Shown one piece after another: positions 26,557-40,100 of a stretch of DNA of 64,000 nt (its first letter is position 1; every line of letters starts with the position of its first letter). Made by a program: the position numbers and the translations under genes. This DNA is from the human T2T-CHM13v2.0 reference genome, Homo sapiens. Under the pieces are notes generated by a model. It searched no databases and had not been told where the DNA came from. It was given only the letters and a program-made list of their open reading frames with translations. Location of the stretch: NCBI RefSeq assembly GCF_009914755.1, contig NC_060933.1. One strand, written 5' to 3'.

Positions 26557-26906
26557 CAGACGTTCCTCGACTTAAGACAGGTGCACACCCCAATAACCCC
26601 GTCATTAATTGAAAATACCCTAAGTCAAAATGCACCTCACCCACTGGGCACCCTGGCTCAGCCTCGCCTGCCTTAAACGTGCTCAGAACACGTACCTTAC
26701 CCTACAGCTGGGCAACATCATCGGACACAAAGCCTCTTGTATAATAAAGTGTTGAATATCTCATATAGTATATTGAATACTGTACTGATAGTGAAAACTG
26801 GAATGGTTGTAGGGGAAGTGCTATTTCCACTGGACATGCATCCCTTTGGCATCATCGTAAAGTCAAAAAGTTGTAAGTGGAACCATCATAAGCCAGGTAC
26901 TGTCTG
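26557..26906 (+). mobile_element. MER47A-like TcMar-Tigger non-autonomous DNA transposon
   Basis: cagacgttcctcgacttaag...ccttaaacgtgctcagaaca...tataataaagtgttgaatatctcat...cataagccaggtactgtctg; degenerate terminal inverted repeats. Confidence 0.85.
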
Positions 26907-27046
26907 TAAAACCATGCTAGGGACAGGGTGCTCACGGGCCACGGGGAGGCCGCCAGCTGCAGGGACACCGGGATCTCTAGTCCTCTGAGAGGGATGAGGA
27001 GCCTCAGGCAGGGTTTTCCTGGAAGTATGTTCCACCTGTTCCCAAC

Positions 27047-27495
27047 TATAGAAGGTTAAACGGTGGCCCCAGACAGACAGGGCCATGTTCTAACCCCTGG
27101 AACTTGTGAATGGGACCTTATGGGAAAAGGGGCTTTTGCAAATGTAATAAATTAAGGATCTTTAGATGAGATCGCCCTGAATTACCTGGTTGGGCCCTAA
27201 ATCCGATGACAAGTGTCCTCATAAGAGGCACACAGAGGAGAGACACTGGGAGAAGACAGAGGCCCTGTGAAGACAGAGGCAGAGCCTGGAGTGATGCGGC
27301 CACAACCCAAGGAGTGTCTGGGGCCACCCGGAGCTGGAAGCGGCAGGAAGATCCTCGCCCAGAGCCTCCCGAGGGGGTGTGGCCCTGTGACACCTGGATT
27401 CTACTGGGCCCCAGAACTGAAAGGGAATCAACTCCTGTTGCTTTAGGCCACTCAGTCTGTAGTATTTGGCCACGCAGCCCCAAGACACTCCTCCA
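27047..27495 (+). mobile_element. MLT1C-like MaLR solo LTR
   Basis: ctaacccctggaacttgtgaat...gggccctaaatccgatgacaagtgtcctcataaga...gaagacagaggcagag...gacacctggatt. Confidence 0.85.
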
Positions 27496-27544
27496 CCAGC
27501 CACAGGAAGTTGGGGAGGCAGGCAGTTAGGGTGTGGCTGAGCTG

Positions 27545-27680
27545 TGAGACCTGGTTTCAAATCTTGGCTCTGCAACTTACTCACTGTGCTCCTGGGCAAA
27601 TTACTTCACCTCCCTGAGCCTCAGTTTCTACATCTTAAAATGAGAACAGCACTAGAATCTTCTGGGGGTCAGGGTGATCA
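27545..27680 (+). mobile_element. MIR
   Basis: ctggtttcaaatcttggctctgcaacttact...ctgagcctcagtttctacatcttaaaatgaga. Confidence 0.8.
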
Positions 27681-27690
27681 TATGAGATGA

Positions 27691-27900
27691 CAGGTAGGTG
27701 GGGGGTTCACTGTTCCCAGGCCCTCTCCACAGAGCTTCCATCCACCTCCCATGGTGTCAGGTAGGTAGTGGCGGGGGTTGCTTTTCCCAGGCCCTACTCC
27801 ACAAAGGTTCCATCCACACCCCACGGCCTCAGGTAGGTGGGGAGGAGGCACCTTTCCCAGGCCCCCTCCACAGAGCTTCCATCCACGCCCCATGGTGTCA
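27691..27900. repeat. Degenerate tandem repeat, ~70-bp unit x3
   Basis: caggtaggt...ttcccaggccc..ctccacagagcttccatccac..cccatggtgtca repeated three times. Confidence 0.85.
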
Positions 27901-28619
27901 CCTGTACCTAACAGCACCAAAGGCTCCCAGGGATCCATAAAAATGAGTTTTGGGTGATTAAGGAAGCGAGCGTAATTCTCGCCCATACCAGAAGGAAGCA
28001 GAGCCATGTGAGGACACACCCAGCCTTCCAGAATGCCACTGAGGAGAGAGACACAGCTCCCAAGCCACCTCTCAGAGCACCCAGGGGAGCGTGAGACTGG
28101 CGAGAAGGCAGGGCTGGCCTGCCACACGGAAGCCCCCGACCTGGCCTCCTGGGAGAGAAGGTGGACGGGTGTTACCGGAGGAGCAGCCCCTGCTGGGCTC
28201 TGCTGAGCCCATAACCAGCATGTCACCTAGGCAGGGCAGGCCAAGTCCCTAAGCCTTTGCACAGCTTTTTTTTTTTTAAGTTTTGAAATTACAACCGCTA
28301 ACTCTGATCTCTGAGCTTGGAAAGATGAATGTCCAAAGACAAGGCTGCAGGCCCTGCAGAGTGTCCCTCCCCGTGAACTGTCCACCCAGCAGCTCAGTCA
28401 CACACTGACTCTACATCTGTGACTCTCAGCCTCCCTTCACCACCACAAAGGTGCTCTCTTGGAAGCTCAGAAAGAAAATTCAGGGAGGGGCAGGATCATG
28501 TTTGGCCGGATTAGCTCTGCAATACGGCGGCCAGGCACTCTTCCCACCCCCAGTCAGCCAGGGTTCCCACGCCTCACTCTCACAGCTCAGGGGCCATCAT
28601 TCGTGGCAGCCGTAGTAAC

Positions 28620-28850
28620 AATAGTAGTGATGATAATACTTGTAGGAATAGAAAAACACTTACTGAACATGCTTCTGAGAATTTCACACTCATGAACACA
28701 TTGACACCTAACAATAGGTATATAAGTTCAGCACTATTGCTATTCCCAGTCTATAGGTGAGCAAACTAGAGGACAAATAAGCCTGTAACTTGCTCAAAGT
28801 CAGGACCCAGGATGCCTTCTAGGCTTTCTGGGTCTGTATCCTGTTGACAC
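28620..28850 (-). mobile_element. MIR fragment
   Basis: acacttactgaacatgctt...actattgctattcccagtctataggtgagcaaact...gtaacttgctcaaagtca. Confidence 0.6.
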
Positions 28851-29000
28851 TTCCCATAGTCTGTGTTACAGCTGGATTTATACAGTAGTCAAAGCAATGC
28901 CTCTCACCCCACCAGACTCTAGGCAGAGTCTTGTTTGGTTGTGCTGGCTTCTCTGTCTCCTGGCATGTAATAGCTACTCAATTAGTGCTTGAGGAATGAA

Positions 29001-29970
29001 TAAGTGGGTGGGTGGGTGGGTGGATGGATGGATGGATGGATGGATGGGTGGATGGAAGAAAAGAAGGAAAAAAGATGAATGGATGGGTGGATGGATGGAT
29101 GGAAGAAAAGAAAAGAAGGAAGAAAGATGGATCGACAGGTGGATGGATGCATGGAAGGATGGGTGGATGGGTTGGTGTGTGAATGAATGGATGAGTGGGT
29201 GGAAGGGTAGATAGATGGGTGAGTGGATTGAAGGAAGGAAAGAAAAGAAGGAAGGAAGATAGATGGATGGATGAGTGGGTGGGTGGGTGGGTGGATATGT
29301 GAATGGATGGATGGATAGAAGGAAGGAAAGAAAAGAAGAAAGGAAGATGGATGGATGGGTGGATGTGTGGGTGAGTGGATGAATGGGTTGATGGGTAGGT
29401 GGGTGGGTGAATGGATGGAAGAGTGGGTGGGTAGGTGGATGAGTGAATGAATAGTGGGCAAATGGGTAGATGGATAGATGGATGAGTGGGTGGATGGGCG
29501 GATAGATGAATGTGTGGATGGATGAATGGGTGGATACGTGGATGGCTGGATGGGTAGATGGATGAATGGATGGATGAGTGGGTGGGTGGATGGGTGGATA
29601 GATGAATGTGTGGATGGATGAATGGGTGGATGGGTGGATGGCTGGATGGGTGGATGGATGGGTAGATGGATGAATGGATGGATGAATGGATGGATGAGTG
29701 GGTGGATGGGTGGATAGGTGAATGGATGGGTGGATGGATGGATGACTGGGTGGATGGGTGGATAGATGAATGTGTGGATGGATGAATGGGTGGATGGGTG
29801 GATGGCTGGATGGGTGGATGGATGGGTAGATGGATGAATGGATGGATGAATGGATGGATGAGTGGGTGGATGGGTAGATAGGTGAATGGATGGGTGGATG
29901 GATGGATGAGTGGGTGGATGGATGGATGAGTGGGTGGATGGGTGGATGATGCATGTGGAGTGGGTAGATG
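29001..29970. repeat. Long degenerate (TGGA)n/(GGGT)n/(GGAA)n purine-rich simple repeat following an L2 3' end
   Basis: ~1 kb of ggat/gggt/gaat units; preceded by cctggcatgtaatagctactcaattagtgcttgaggaatgaat (L2-like terminus). Confidence 0.95.
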
Positions 29971-30526
29971 GGGGATAAATGCCTAAAGCAAAGGTGCTGA
30001 TTGTCAGGGCACACACTAACACCAGAAGAGTGAAGAGAACCAAGGCTGGAGTTTGAGGTCCTGGCCTCCATCCAGTCCCTCACATCCTGTTGGGGTTCAC
30101 TGCTGGGCCCACACACTATCTTTTGAGGTGTCCCTGGGCTCCAGGATCAAGCCTATGAGTCAGAGGTCTGGGTTCTCAATTCTCTCCTCATACACACCTG
30201 CATGTGCAGAGTGCAGTTTGCAGAGCATGTTTGTGTGTGCTCTTTCACTGTAGCCCCCTAGACCCCTAGATCAGCTCCTGAGCAACACTCATCAGGGAGC
30301 ATCAGCCATGGCTCTCAGGGGAGAGGCTCCCCTTCCCAGGATCCCACAGGCAGTAAACAGTGGGGCTGAGAACTAAACAGACTCTCTTCCCCCAAGGGCA
30401 GGGCTCTTTCACCGACCATGAAGTGGCACAGAGGGAAGAACATGGAGCCACGAAAATGTGGATTTGATTCTCGTCCTCACCAACCACCAGCTGGGTAACC
30501 TTGGACAAGCCACTCTTCACAAAGTG

Positions 30527-30888
30527 TGATATAGTTTATCTGTGTCCCCACCCAAATCTCATTTTGAATTGTAGCTCCCATAATTCCCATGTGTTGTGGG
30601 AGAGACCCAGTGGGAGATCATTGAATCATGGGGGTGGGTTTTTTCCATGCTGTTCTCATGATAGTGAATAAGTCTCACAAGATCTGATGGTTTTATAAAG
30701 GGCAGTTCCCCTGCAGGCTCTCTTGCCTGCCGCCATGTAAGATGTGCCTCTGCTTCTCCTTTGCCTTTGGCAATGATTGTGAGGCTTCCCCAACCATGTG
30801 GAACTATGTGTCCATTAAACCTCTTTTTCTTTATAAATTACTCAGTCTCAGGTATGTCTTATTAGCAGCATGAGAACAGACTAATACA
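30527..30888 (+). mobile_element. THE1B/C MaLR solo LTR
   Basis: tgatatagttt..ctgtgtccccacccaaatctc...agcagcatgagaacagactaataca; perfect 5-bp TSD aagtg. Confidence 0.95.
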
Positions 30889-31719
30889 AAGTGTAAAGAA
30901 TGATGCTGACTTGCAGGGTCCTTGGAAGGACAGGTGTGAGTGCAAGGACAACATCAGCACCTTCTGGGGTCTTAATCATTGTCAACAGTGTTACAGAATC
31001 CTGAGATCCTGCTTCATGCATTGCCATGTTCCACAGAGGCCCACGGCTTGTTCCAGGAAGCATCACACCTTGGTGGCTCAGGGCGTGGATCCCGGTTTGC
31101 AAACAGGACATGGATGGACAGATCAGTCACCAAGAGGCACAAGAGCCACCTCTGAGGCTCACCAGGCCATGATCCTGGCCAGGGGATCCACAGCCACAGC
31201 CAGAAGGCTCATCGCTCAGGTGTCTGCGAGGTGCCTGACCACACTCCCTCATTAGTGCAGCTTCTGGGTGGATGCGTGCAGCCCACAGCCTGCCAGGCAT
31301 GGGCCAGCTGTGCCACATAGCAACAATGACGGTGCAAGTTCCCTGTGCTTGAGCCCGCAGGCCTCCCTCTTTCTTTTCCAAGTGGATACACATCCCTAGG
31401 GGCCAGGAGATGCTCCCTGGCTGCAGCTGCCACAGCCTCACCCAAATGTAATTAAGAGAAGGAATATGATAATGACCTTCTAATTGCCAAGAGGCTCTTG
31501 TGGGCAGTGCCTGCTCTCTCCTGCTAATTGGAGGGAGCCGCTGCCAGACACTCGAAGTCAAGACTGCCTCCATGCTGGTCCCTGGCAGCCCTGGCCGTCA
31601 CTCACCTCCAGCTTCCTCCAGCAGGACTTTGGAGCGGATGAGAAGACGTCCCCCAGATGCCCTCCAAGTGAGCAAAACAGGACATCAGGGATTCCGGGGT
31701 GAATGAGATGCTTGAGTTA

Positions 31720-31920
31720 TCCTATTTCAAATTCAGTCCAAGTACCAGCTACTTCCAGGAGGCAGTGCAGACTGCACACCCAGCCCTGGGCATCGAGCCA
31801 TTGACCCCGCAGAGCCTCAGTGTTCTCACCTATAAAATGGAGAAAATCTTCCCTGCCTCCCTGGAAACGGCAAGAACAAGAGGAGGCAATAAGCTGAGCG
31901 CTCAGCGAGTGCTCAGGGAA
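31720..31920 (+). mobile_element. MIR fragment
   Basis: gagcctcagtgttctcacctataaaatggaga core. Confidence 0.55.
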
Positions 31921-32224
31921 GGTTGTTCTTTCCCCTCCCGACACTTCTGGTTTTTACAGAAAAAAATGGGAGGAAGGGAGGGGTCCAAGGCACATGGCAG
32001 GTGGGGTGGGGGAGCTAGCGTTGGAACACCTGCCAGGGGCTGATGAGGGCTGTGGTGAGGCTGACACCCTGGGCCCCCCACACAGCCACACTCAGGACAG
32101 GCCTGAGCCCAGCCCTCCACGGCCCATGAATGTCTGGAGCAGGAGACTCCAGCTGGGCTGAGAACCACACTGTTTGAACTGGGTGTTCTTAACCTTAAAA
32201 AAGAACTTAAAAATAAATGAAAAT

Positions 32225-32510
<286 letters not shown>

Positions 32511-32542
32511 AAAGAAAGAAAGAAAGAAGAAAGAAAAAGAAA

Positions 32543-32594
<52 letters not shown>

Positions 32595-32633
32595 AGGAAA
32601 GAAAGAAAGAGAAAGAGAAAGAGAAACAAAAAA
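32511..32633. repeat. (GAAA)n tetranucleotide STR derived from the Alu tail
   Basis: Direct reading. Confidence 0.95.
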
Positions 32634-34159
32634 AGGTGTAGGAATTAAAGCCTGGAGGATCCCAGTGGAGCCGGAGTGCCTGAACCCAGGCAGGTGCTCA
32701 GAGCTGAATGTCCAGTGGCCCTCAGCAGTGGGGCTCCAGGCTGCTGCAGCTGAACAGGCTCTCAGAAAGCATTTCTCCTCCCTCCAACTCCCAGAAGCCA
32801 AACATCTGTGTGGCCTTGGCTCCAGGGTTTCCAGAGGCCTAAGCCTGGGTCTCCACCCCTGAATAAAGCAGGTTTCTGACTCCTCTGAGCGTGCTCAGCT
32901 CTGACCAGCTCCAGCTTACAGGGGCTTCTCGCTGCCCGCCAGCTCCTTGGCTCATGCCTCAGACCCTCCCTGGGGCCACAGCTGAGCCCCCATGCCCTCC
33001 CGTTAGCAGGAATTGTCTCACAGTGCACCAGCCTCAGACAAGGCCACACTGGGACAGTGAAGGGAGGGACAGAACTCAGCCAGCCCAGAATGTCATCTGA
33101 GCACAGGCAAAAGCCAGGTCTCTGGGCCCATCAGAAAAGCTTCAAACCCCCCTCTCCTGGCTGGTCTGAGCCCTGCTGCCTCTTTACGGGTCACGGCTGC
33201 AGCCTCACCCTCGTCCCCTCTCCCTGCAGATAAGGTTTATTGAGATGCTTGGCCACGGGGTCAGCCTGCATCCTGACAGTACCAACCCAGAGCAAACCCC
33301 ACTTTCTCAAATGCCCCCAAAAGTCACTCAACACAAGCCACATCCTATTACAAGCCCTTTCTAACCCCCTCTTGGAGAGGCCCTGTGGGTCCCCAGGGTA
33401 TGCGTAGCCTGTTGCTGCCATGAGCGATAAACCGACTTGTTCTGGCACAGGTTGTCCCTGGTGGTCCTTGGCGAGAGGACATGGGCAGCACCTTCTCACA
33501 CGAGCCCTTGCTGGCGTCTCTTCCAGGAATGCCCCAAACGCTCCCTGGGTGCCCCTTCCTTCACCCAGACTCACGGCTGATTCTTCCCTCTCCTGCAAAC
33601 CTCCACAAGGATGGCCCTCCTCCAGGAAGCCTTCCCAAGCCTCCAGACTGGCTTCACTGTCCACATCTGTGCCCGCCCCCACGCCCCTCTGGTCTCCCCA
33701 GTGCTTGGGGCTGGCCCCCACAACATGAAACACACAAGGAAAGTTGGGGAGTGGCCTAGTCTTCAGCCTGTCCTGACCCCAAAAGCCAGCTTCATCAGCA
33801 TATGAGTCTGTCCACCCCACTGAGCCCCCTGCCTGGATGGCAGCAGAAACAAAGAAAAGGTGGAATGAAAGCATTTGATGTGTGTGCATCCCTGCCCCCA
33901 ACACTGTGAGGATGCTGAGGAGGGCAAGGGATGGAGCTGAGTTCCCGGGCAATCCTCTTGGGGGGCCAGAGGCCTCTTGAGAGGCAGACACCAGACACCC
34001 TGCAGCAAGTACGTCCACATGGAAAGCTCCAGAAAGAAGAGAGGTTCCAGGATCCGATTTCCAGACCCTTCAGAGAATCCTCTGGACCTGGGCTTATTTT
34101 GACAATGAGAGTCTTTTGAAAACAGTTTTTGTCAAAACCAGGGGGCATTTCTTCCAAGA

Positions 34160-34349
34160 AGGAAAGAAGCCAGAGGGTGGCATTCAGGCAGCAGGAGGGC
34201 GGTTTGCATGGTCCTTGCGGTGGGAGGATGACCCCCTGCTGAAGGCCAGTCCACTGAGCTGGCACCTGCAGAGGGGGGCCTGGAGTGTTCACAGGCGAGC
34301 AGCCTCCAGCCAGGGCTGTAGGAGGGCAGGAAGACCTGGAGTGCATTGA
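34160..34349 (+). repeat. Local duplication B, copy 1
   Basis: Ungapped 190-bp alignment to 36954-37143, about 27 mismatches by manual count. Confidence 0.95.
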
Positions 34350-34873
34350 GGGCCATCAATGGTCAGTCTGACCTTGACCTCTGTGCTGATGACCTCCATC
34401 TCGCTCAGGCCAAGGCCTCTTCAGAACCACACCTTCGCTGGAAACCTCCCAAGGCCACTGCCTGAGGACAGCGGGGAAGGCCATCTGATGCCCGAGGTAT
34501 CTGGCCACACCCCTGCCCCGCTCCCCCTTACCGTGGTGCCCAGCAGAGGACTCCTCTGCACCCCAAGCTTGGCTGGTGGCACCAGTGGGCACAAAAGCTA
34601 CTCCATCCAGGACCTTTTGTGTTTCAGAAGAGGGCCCAGCCCTGAATATCCACATGAGAAACAACGACTCCAGACACAGACCTCACATCCTTCACAAAAA
34701 TTACCTCAAAATGGATCATCCACCTGAACGCAAAACATGGAACTAGAAGATAACTGAGGAAAAAATAAACGGGGGCCCTTGGGTTTGGCGATGACTTCTT
34801 AGATACAACACCAAAGGCACCATCCATGAAAGAAAAAATGGATCTGCTGGACTTCATTAAAAGTGAAACTTCT

Positions 34874-35690
<817 letters not shown>

Positions 35691-35934
35691 TTTAAAAACT
35701 GGACAAAACGTGGTACATCCATTCAATGGAATTTCGTTCAGCCCTGAAAAGAAGTGTACTATCAAGCCACGAAAAAGACATGGAGGAAACGTCACCGCAT
35801 ATCGTAAGCGAAGGGAAGCCGGTGTGGAAAGACCACATGCTGTACGACATGACATTCTGGAAAAGGCCACACTGCAGACACAGTGAAAACATCCCTGGCT
35901 GCCAGGAGTTGGAGCAGGAGGGACGAATAGGAAC

Positions 35935-36364
35935 CCGACCCAATTGTCTCAGACTTTTTTTTTTTTTTTGATAAACATAGAAATTGACCCTTCTGGTCTT
36001 AAAGCTTAAAACTTACATTCATTTTATTTGAGTTCCTTCTTCAGGAAAGAACCCCCAGACCTCTCAAAAAGTATCAAAGAACTGAAACTCACCAGGTAAC
36101 CACCTCCAGACAATGAGACCAGACCCCTTATTCATTCTGATTGCTTCTTTCCCTTTCTGAGTTCCTGTTGTCCTATACACGGTTACGTTTCTTCCTTGCT
36201 AGATAAACCCCTAGTTTTAGTCAGTCAGGGAGATGGATTTGAGACAGAGCTCCCCTCTCCTAGGCTGCAACACCCAGTTACAGCTTTCTTCCTCAGCAAT
36301 ACTTGTCATCTCAGTGATTGGCTTTCTGTGCAGAGAGCCGCAGGATCTAGATGTTTCCGTAACA
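35935..36364 (+). mobile_element. Solo LTR (LTR47-like; family uncertain) nested in L1
   Basis: aaacatagaaattgacccttctggtcttaaagctt...gggagatggatttgagac...ends tgtttccgtaaca. Confidence 0.75.
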
Positions 36365-36441
36365 GATATATGGGGCACGGAGGATTCTTAGGGCAGTGTT
36401 TCCGTAACAGATATATGGGGCACGGAGGATTCTTAGGGCAG
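36352..36441. repeat. Perfect 45-bp tandem duplication across the LTR/L1 junction
   Basis: tgtttccgtaacagatatatggggcacggaggattcttagggcag twice, no mismatch. Confidence 0.95.
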
Positions 36442-36572
36442 TGAAACAATTCTGTATGATGCAAAAACGGTGGGGACAAGTCATTATACATTTGTCCAAA
36501 CCCACAGAATGTACGACACCAGGAGTGAATTCCATTCAATTCCACTTAATTTTTCTGGAAACCCAAAACTGC

Positions 36573-36905
36573 TTTTTTTTTTTTTTTTTTTTTTTTTTTT
36601 GGAGACAGAGTCTCACTCTGTCACCCAGGCTGGAGTACAGTGGCACGATCTTGGCTCACTGCTGCAACCTCTGACTTCCAGGTTCAGGTGATTCTCCTGC
36701 TTCCACCACCAGAGTCCTGCCTCCACCACCAGAGTAGCTGGGATTACAGGTATGCGTCTCCACGCCCGGCTAATTTTTCTGTTTTAGTAGAGATGAGATT
36801 TCACCATGTTGGCCAGGCTGGTCTCGAACTCCTGGCCTCAAGTATTTTGCCCGTCTCAGCCTTCCAAAGTGCTGGGATTACAGGCATGAGCCACCATGCC
36901 CCGCC
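36573..36905 (-). mobile_element. AluS (AluSz-like) with internal 20-bp duplication
   Basis: Reverse Alu; tcctgcYtccaccaccagag twice at 36695-36734; TSD caaaaYtgctttt. Confidence 0.95.
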
Positions 36906-36953
36906 ATCAAAATTGCTTTTTAAAAGTGTGTTAAATTCAAAAAAAGAAGCTAG

Positions 36954-37143
36954 AGGAAAGAGGGCAGAGGGTGGCATTCAGGCAGCAGAAGGGCTGTCCT
37001 CATGGTCCTTGTGGTGAGGGGATGACCTCCTGCTGAAGGCCAGTCCACTGAGCTGGCACCCACAGAGGGGGACCTGGACTGTTTGCAGCTGAACAGCCTG
37101 TAGCCAGGGCTATCAGAAGGCAGGGAGACCTGGAGTGCATTGA
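36954..37143 (+). repeat. Local duplication B, copy 2
   Basis: About 86% identical to 34160-34349; starts just after an A-rich run closing the L1/Alu block. Confidence 0.95.
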
Positions 37144-40100
37144 CAGTCACCACACAGGTTTCCAGGAACCTTCCCTCCCTTCCCTGAGTCAGCATTCATG
37201 CATACATTCCTTCCCTTATTCATTCAAAATGTTTCTGGCCAGCCTACCAGGCACCCAGCACATCAGACCTCTGATCATTTGCTCATAGACTCATTCATTC
37301 ATTCACTTAATCACTGTCTCTGTCTAGGCAGAAAGCAAACATCTAGTCCTGCCAGCCCTAGACAGAATGATTTCAAACCCTAATTAGTACTGTGGGGCTT
37401 AATGAGGTTTCCTGGGATTCTCATTATCAGGGAAATCATTTCACAAAAGCTGTCCATGATACAGTGGGCAGGGGCACCTCATGCCAGTAAGGAGCCTCTT
37501 CCTGAGATGAGCAACCGAGGAAACACCAATTAAGCAAGGAAGCTGTGGAAGGGGATGCCCCGGGCTTCCCAGAGTGCAGAGCATGGATGCTTAGCTGAGG
37601 GGTGGGGCTGGAACCTGGCTGCCAAAGCAGTTCTGCCAGCAGGAGCAGGGATGGCCAGGCAGCAGCACAGGTCACTGCCCCGCATGGTCAACATGCATTG
37701 CGGATTTTAGCTTGCGTTTACGGATGGCTTCTAGCTACAAAAGACACAGTGGCGCTCAGTTGCTCACCTGTGTATTTTAAGTAACTAATTCCTATTCACA
37801 CACTCATTCATTTAGCCATTCATGCAGGTTTCAGATGTTTAATGAGCATCTACTATGTGCCAAGCAGCTTCATAATAAACACACACTTATTCATAAATCC
37901 ATGCATCTGTAGACTTCAGATGTTCAAATGTTCATAGATGGCTTGGGGCTTGCAGGGACAGATCTTCCAGTGTCACCAGGAGCCTCTGGGATAGGCGGGA
38001 AACGCTTCCTACAGGGGGTGGGGCGGGGGGCGCATTTGAGCTCCATGTGGGGAAGGCCCAGGGCAACTCTAAGCTGAGTGCAGAGTCCCAGGTCCCGAAA
38101 ATAGTGAGGCTTCCAGGTCACGAGGTTACACCAGCATCCATGACGTCAGCAGGCCAGCGGCGGGCCCTTAGCCATGGAGGTTCAGATCGTGTGGGTTGTG
38201 GGTCCCACGGTCCCAGAGTCAGCCGGGCGCCCATTGGCTTGGCCTCAGGATGCCCAGGGACATGCCTGGTGCAGCTGGGGCAGCAGGAGCTCACTCTACC
38301 ATGAAATATTCATGGCTGCTGGCAAAGCCCGGCCCTAAAATATAGTTTGCAGAAGAAAAAGAGCCATCAGGCATTTAATCATTGTGTTAATGAGGCTCTA
38401 TTTGGAAGCAAACTCCATCTGACTGCGTCCTAGACAGCAAGAGTCAGGGCCCGGCCAACCTGTGTTGCCGGCCGCAGGGGCAGCCTCATCCCTGAGACAC
38501 CAGTGGGAGACACGCCCGGGCAAGGCACAGGCTTGGCTCGAGGCCATGGCCAGCGGCCCTCCACTTCAGGGGAGCCCATGAGATTATAACGGCATCCTGA
38601 GGTTTGCCAAAAAGCATCCTTTTAAGCAGAAAGCAAGCAACGGCCCTGCATGGAGGCGCCACAGATCCAGTCTGGCTGAGCAGGGGCTAGACCAACTCGT
38701 TTTCCCTAAGCAGCTTCCTCGGGGGAACCACTACCCCTCCTGCCTCCAGCTCCCCCTGCTGCCCAGGCCGCCGCCACAGGTCAGTGTCCTCCAAGGTGGG
38801 ATGCACCCCGTGGACACCCCCACAGGAGCTTCCCAAGCTGACTTCCCGGGCTACCCCAGCTCAGCCCTGCCTCGGCTTTTGTTCTCCTGAGGGCCCCTGT
38901 CTGAGGCAAAGGTGTCACAGCTCCACCAACGCCAGGCTCTTCCTACAGTGCCAAGGACGCCCACCTGCTTCTCAGCCGAGCCTTCCAGCCTGGGTCTACT
39001 CTTGGCCAATGGCCGGTGCCCCTCTGGAAAGGGTTGTCTCGTGCCTACATGTCCCTCTGAGTTGCTTTTCAGAAGTAATTTCCATGTAATGAGAACACAG
39101 GGAAATCTCATTATTTCAGACACCACTAATTAGGGGTTTGTGATCAGCCTGTCCAGGGCCAGCAGAAGCTGACATTTGCTTTCTCCACAGACACTGCAAA
39201 TTACCATCCAGACAAGATTGCCGGGCCCTTTACAAAGCCTGAAGCAGCTCCTGCAGCCGCCGTCAGCGTCGGCAGCCGCCCTTCTTCGCCAGGTGTGCTG
39301 ATTGCAAGTCTCTCTGTGCGGCAGGAGGGGACGTCTCCAAAGGGCAGGCGTCCAGTGGCAGCACCGCAGGCCTGTGGGTGTTCCACCTGCAGAGGCCCCA
39401 GAGCAGCCCACGGAGGGCCACGGTGGTATTATTCCCATTTCACAGGGAAGAAGCAAGGTCAGAGCTCTTCCCAGATGGCTCAGTGAGTACATCATAGGGA
39501 CATGCCCCAGGCCACCAGGCCCCACGGCCTCCAGGGTCCTGGCAAGTCCCCCCAGGGACGGTGGGTGGAGAGGAGGGGTTGCTGGCAAAAATCAGGGCCC
39601 CTGGGGAGCAATCCTCTCCTGTGGGCTACAGGTCTTCATCAGGGATGGACTCAGTGGGTCCCAGGCTCCCTTCTCCAGCTCTGCCAAATTCCATCCCACC
39701 CGGGAGATGTGGGGTCCGAGCAAAGGGACCCTTCTCCTCTGTGAACTTAGAGGTCCATAAAGGACAACGGTCCAGGGCAGCGAGGCACGTCGGGGTGGAC
39801 AGTGACGAGGGAGCCGCGGCCCAGCCATCCTGCTGTGGGGGAGACGCCCCAAGGGATGCACAGTGAGGCCTGGGCAGTGGGAGCTCCAGAAGCTACAGAG
39901 CAGGAGCCATGGCTGCATGTCCAGAGCCAGGCTTTCCATTCCCACGCTGCCCACGATGACGGAGCGGAGGACACAGAGGGAGGAGAAAACGCCCCCTGAG
40001 AAGGGGGACAGGGACGACAGAGCCTTGGAGGGAGTTCGGACAGGAGGGAGTGCCCACTGAGCGCATTTCCTGAAACTTCCAGCTCCCCCTCCCCCGAGTC

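Noticed and set aside
28974-30116. 380-aa and 353-aa minus-strand ORFs
   Set aside because: Translations of the (TCCA)n repeat (PSIH/PPTH runs); no coding signal.
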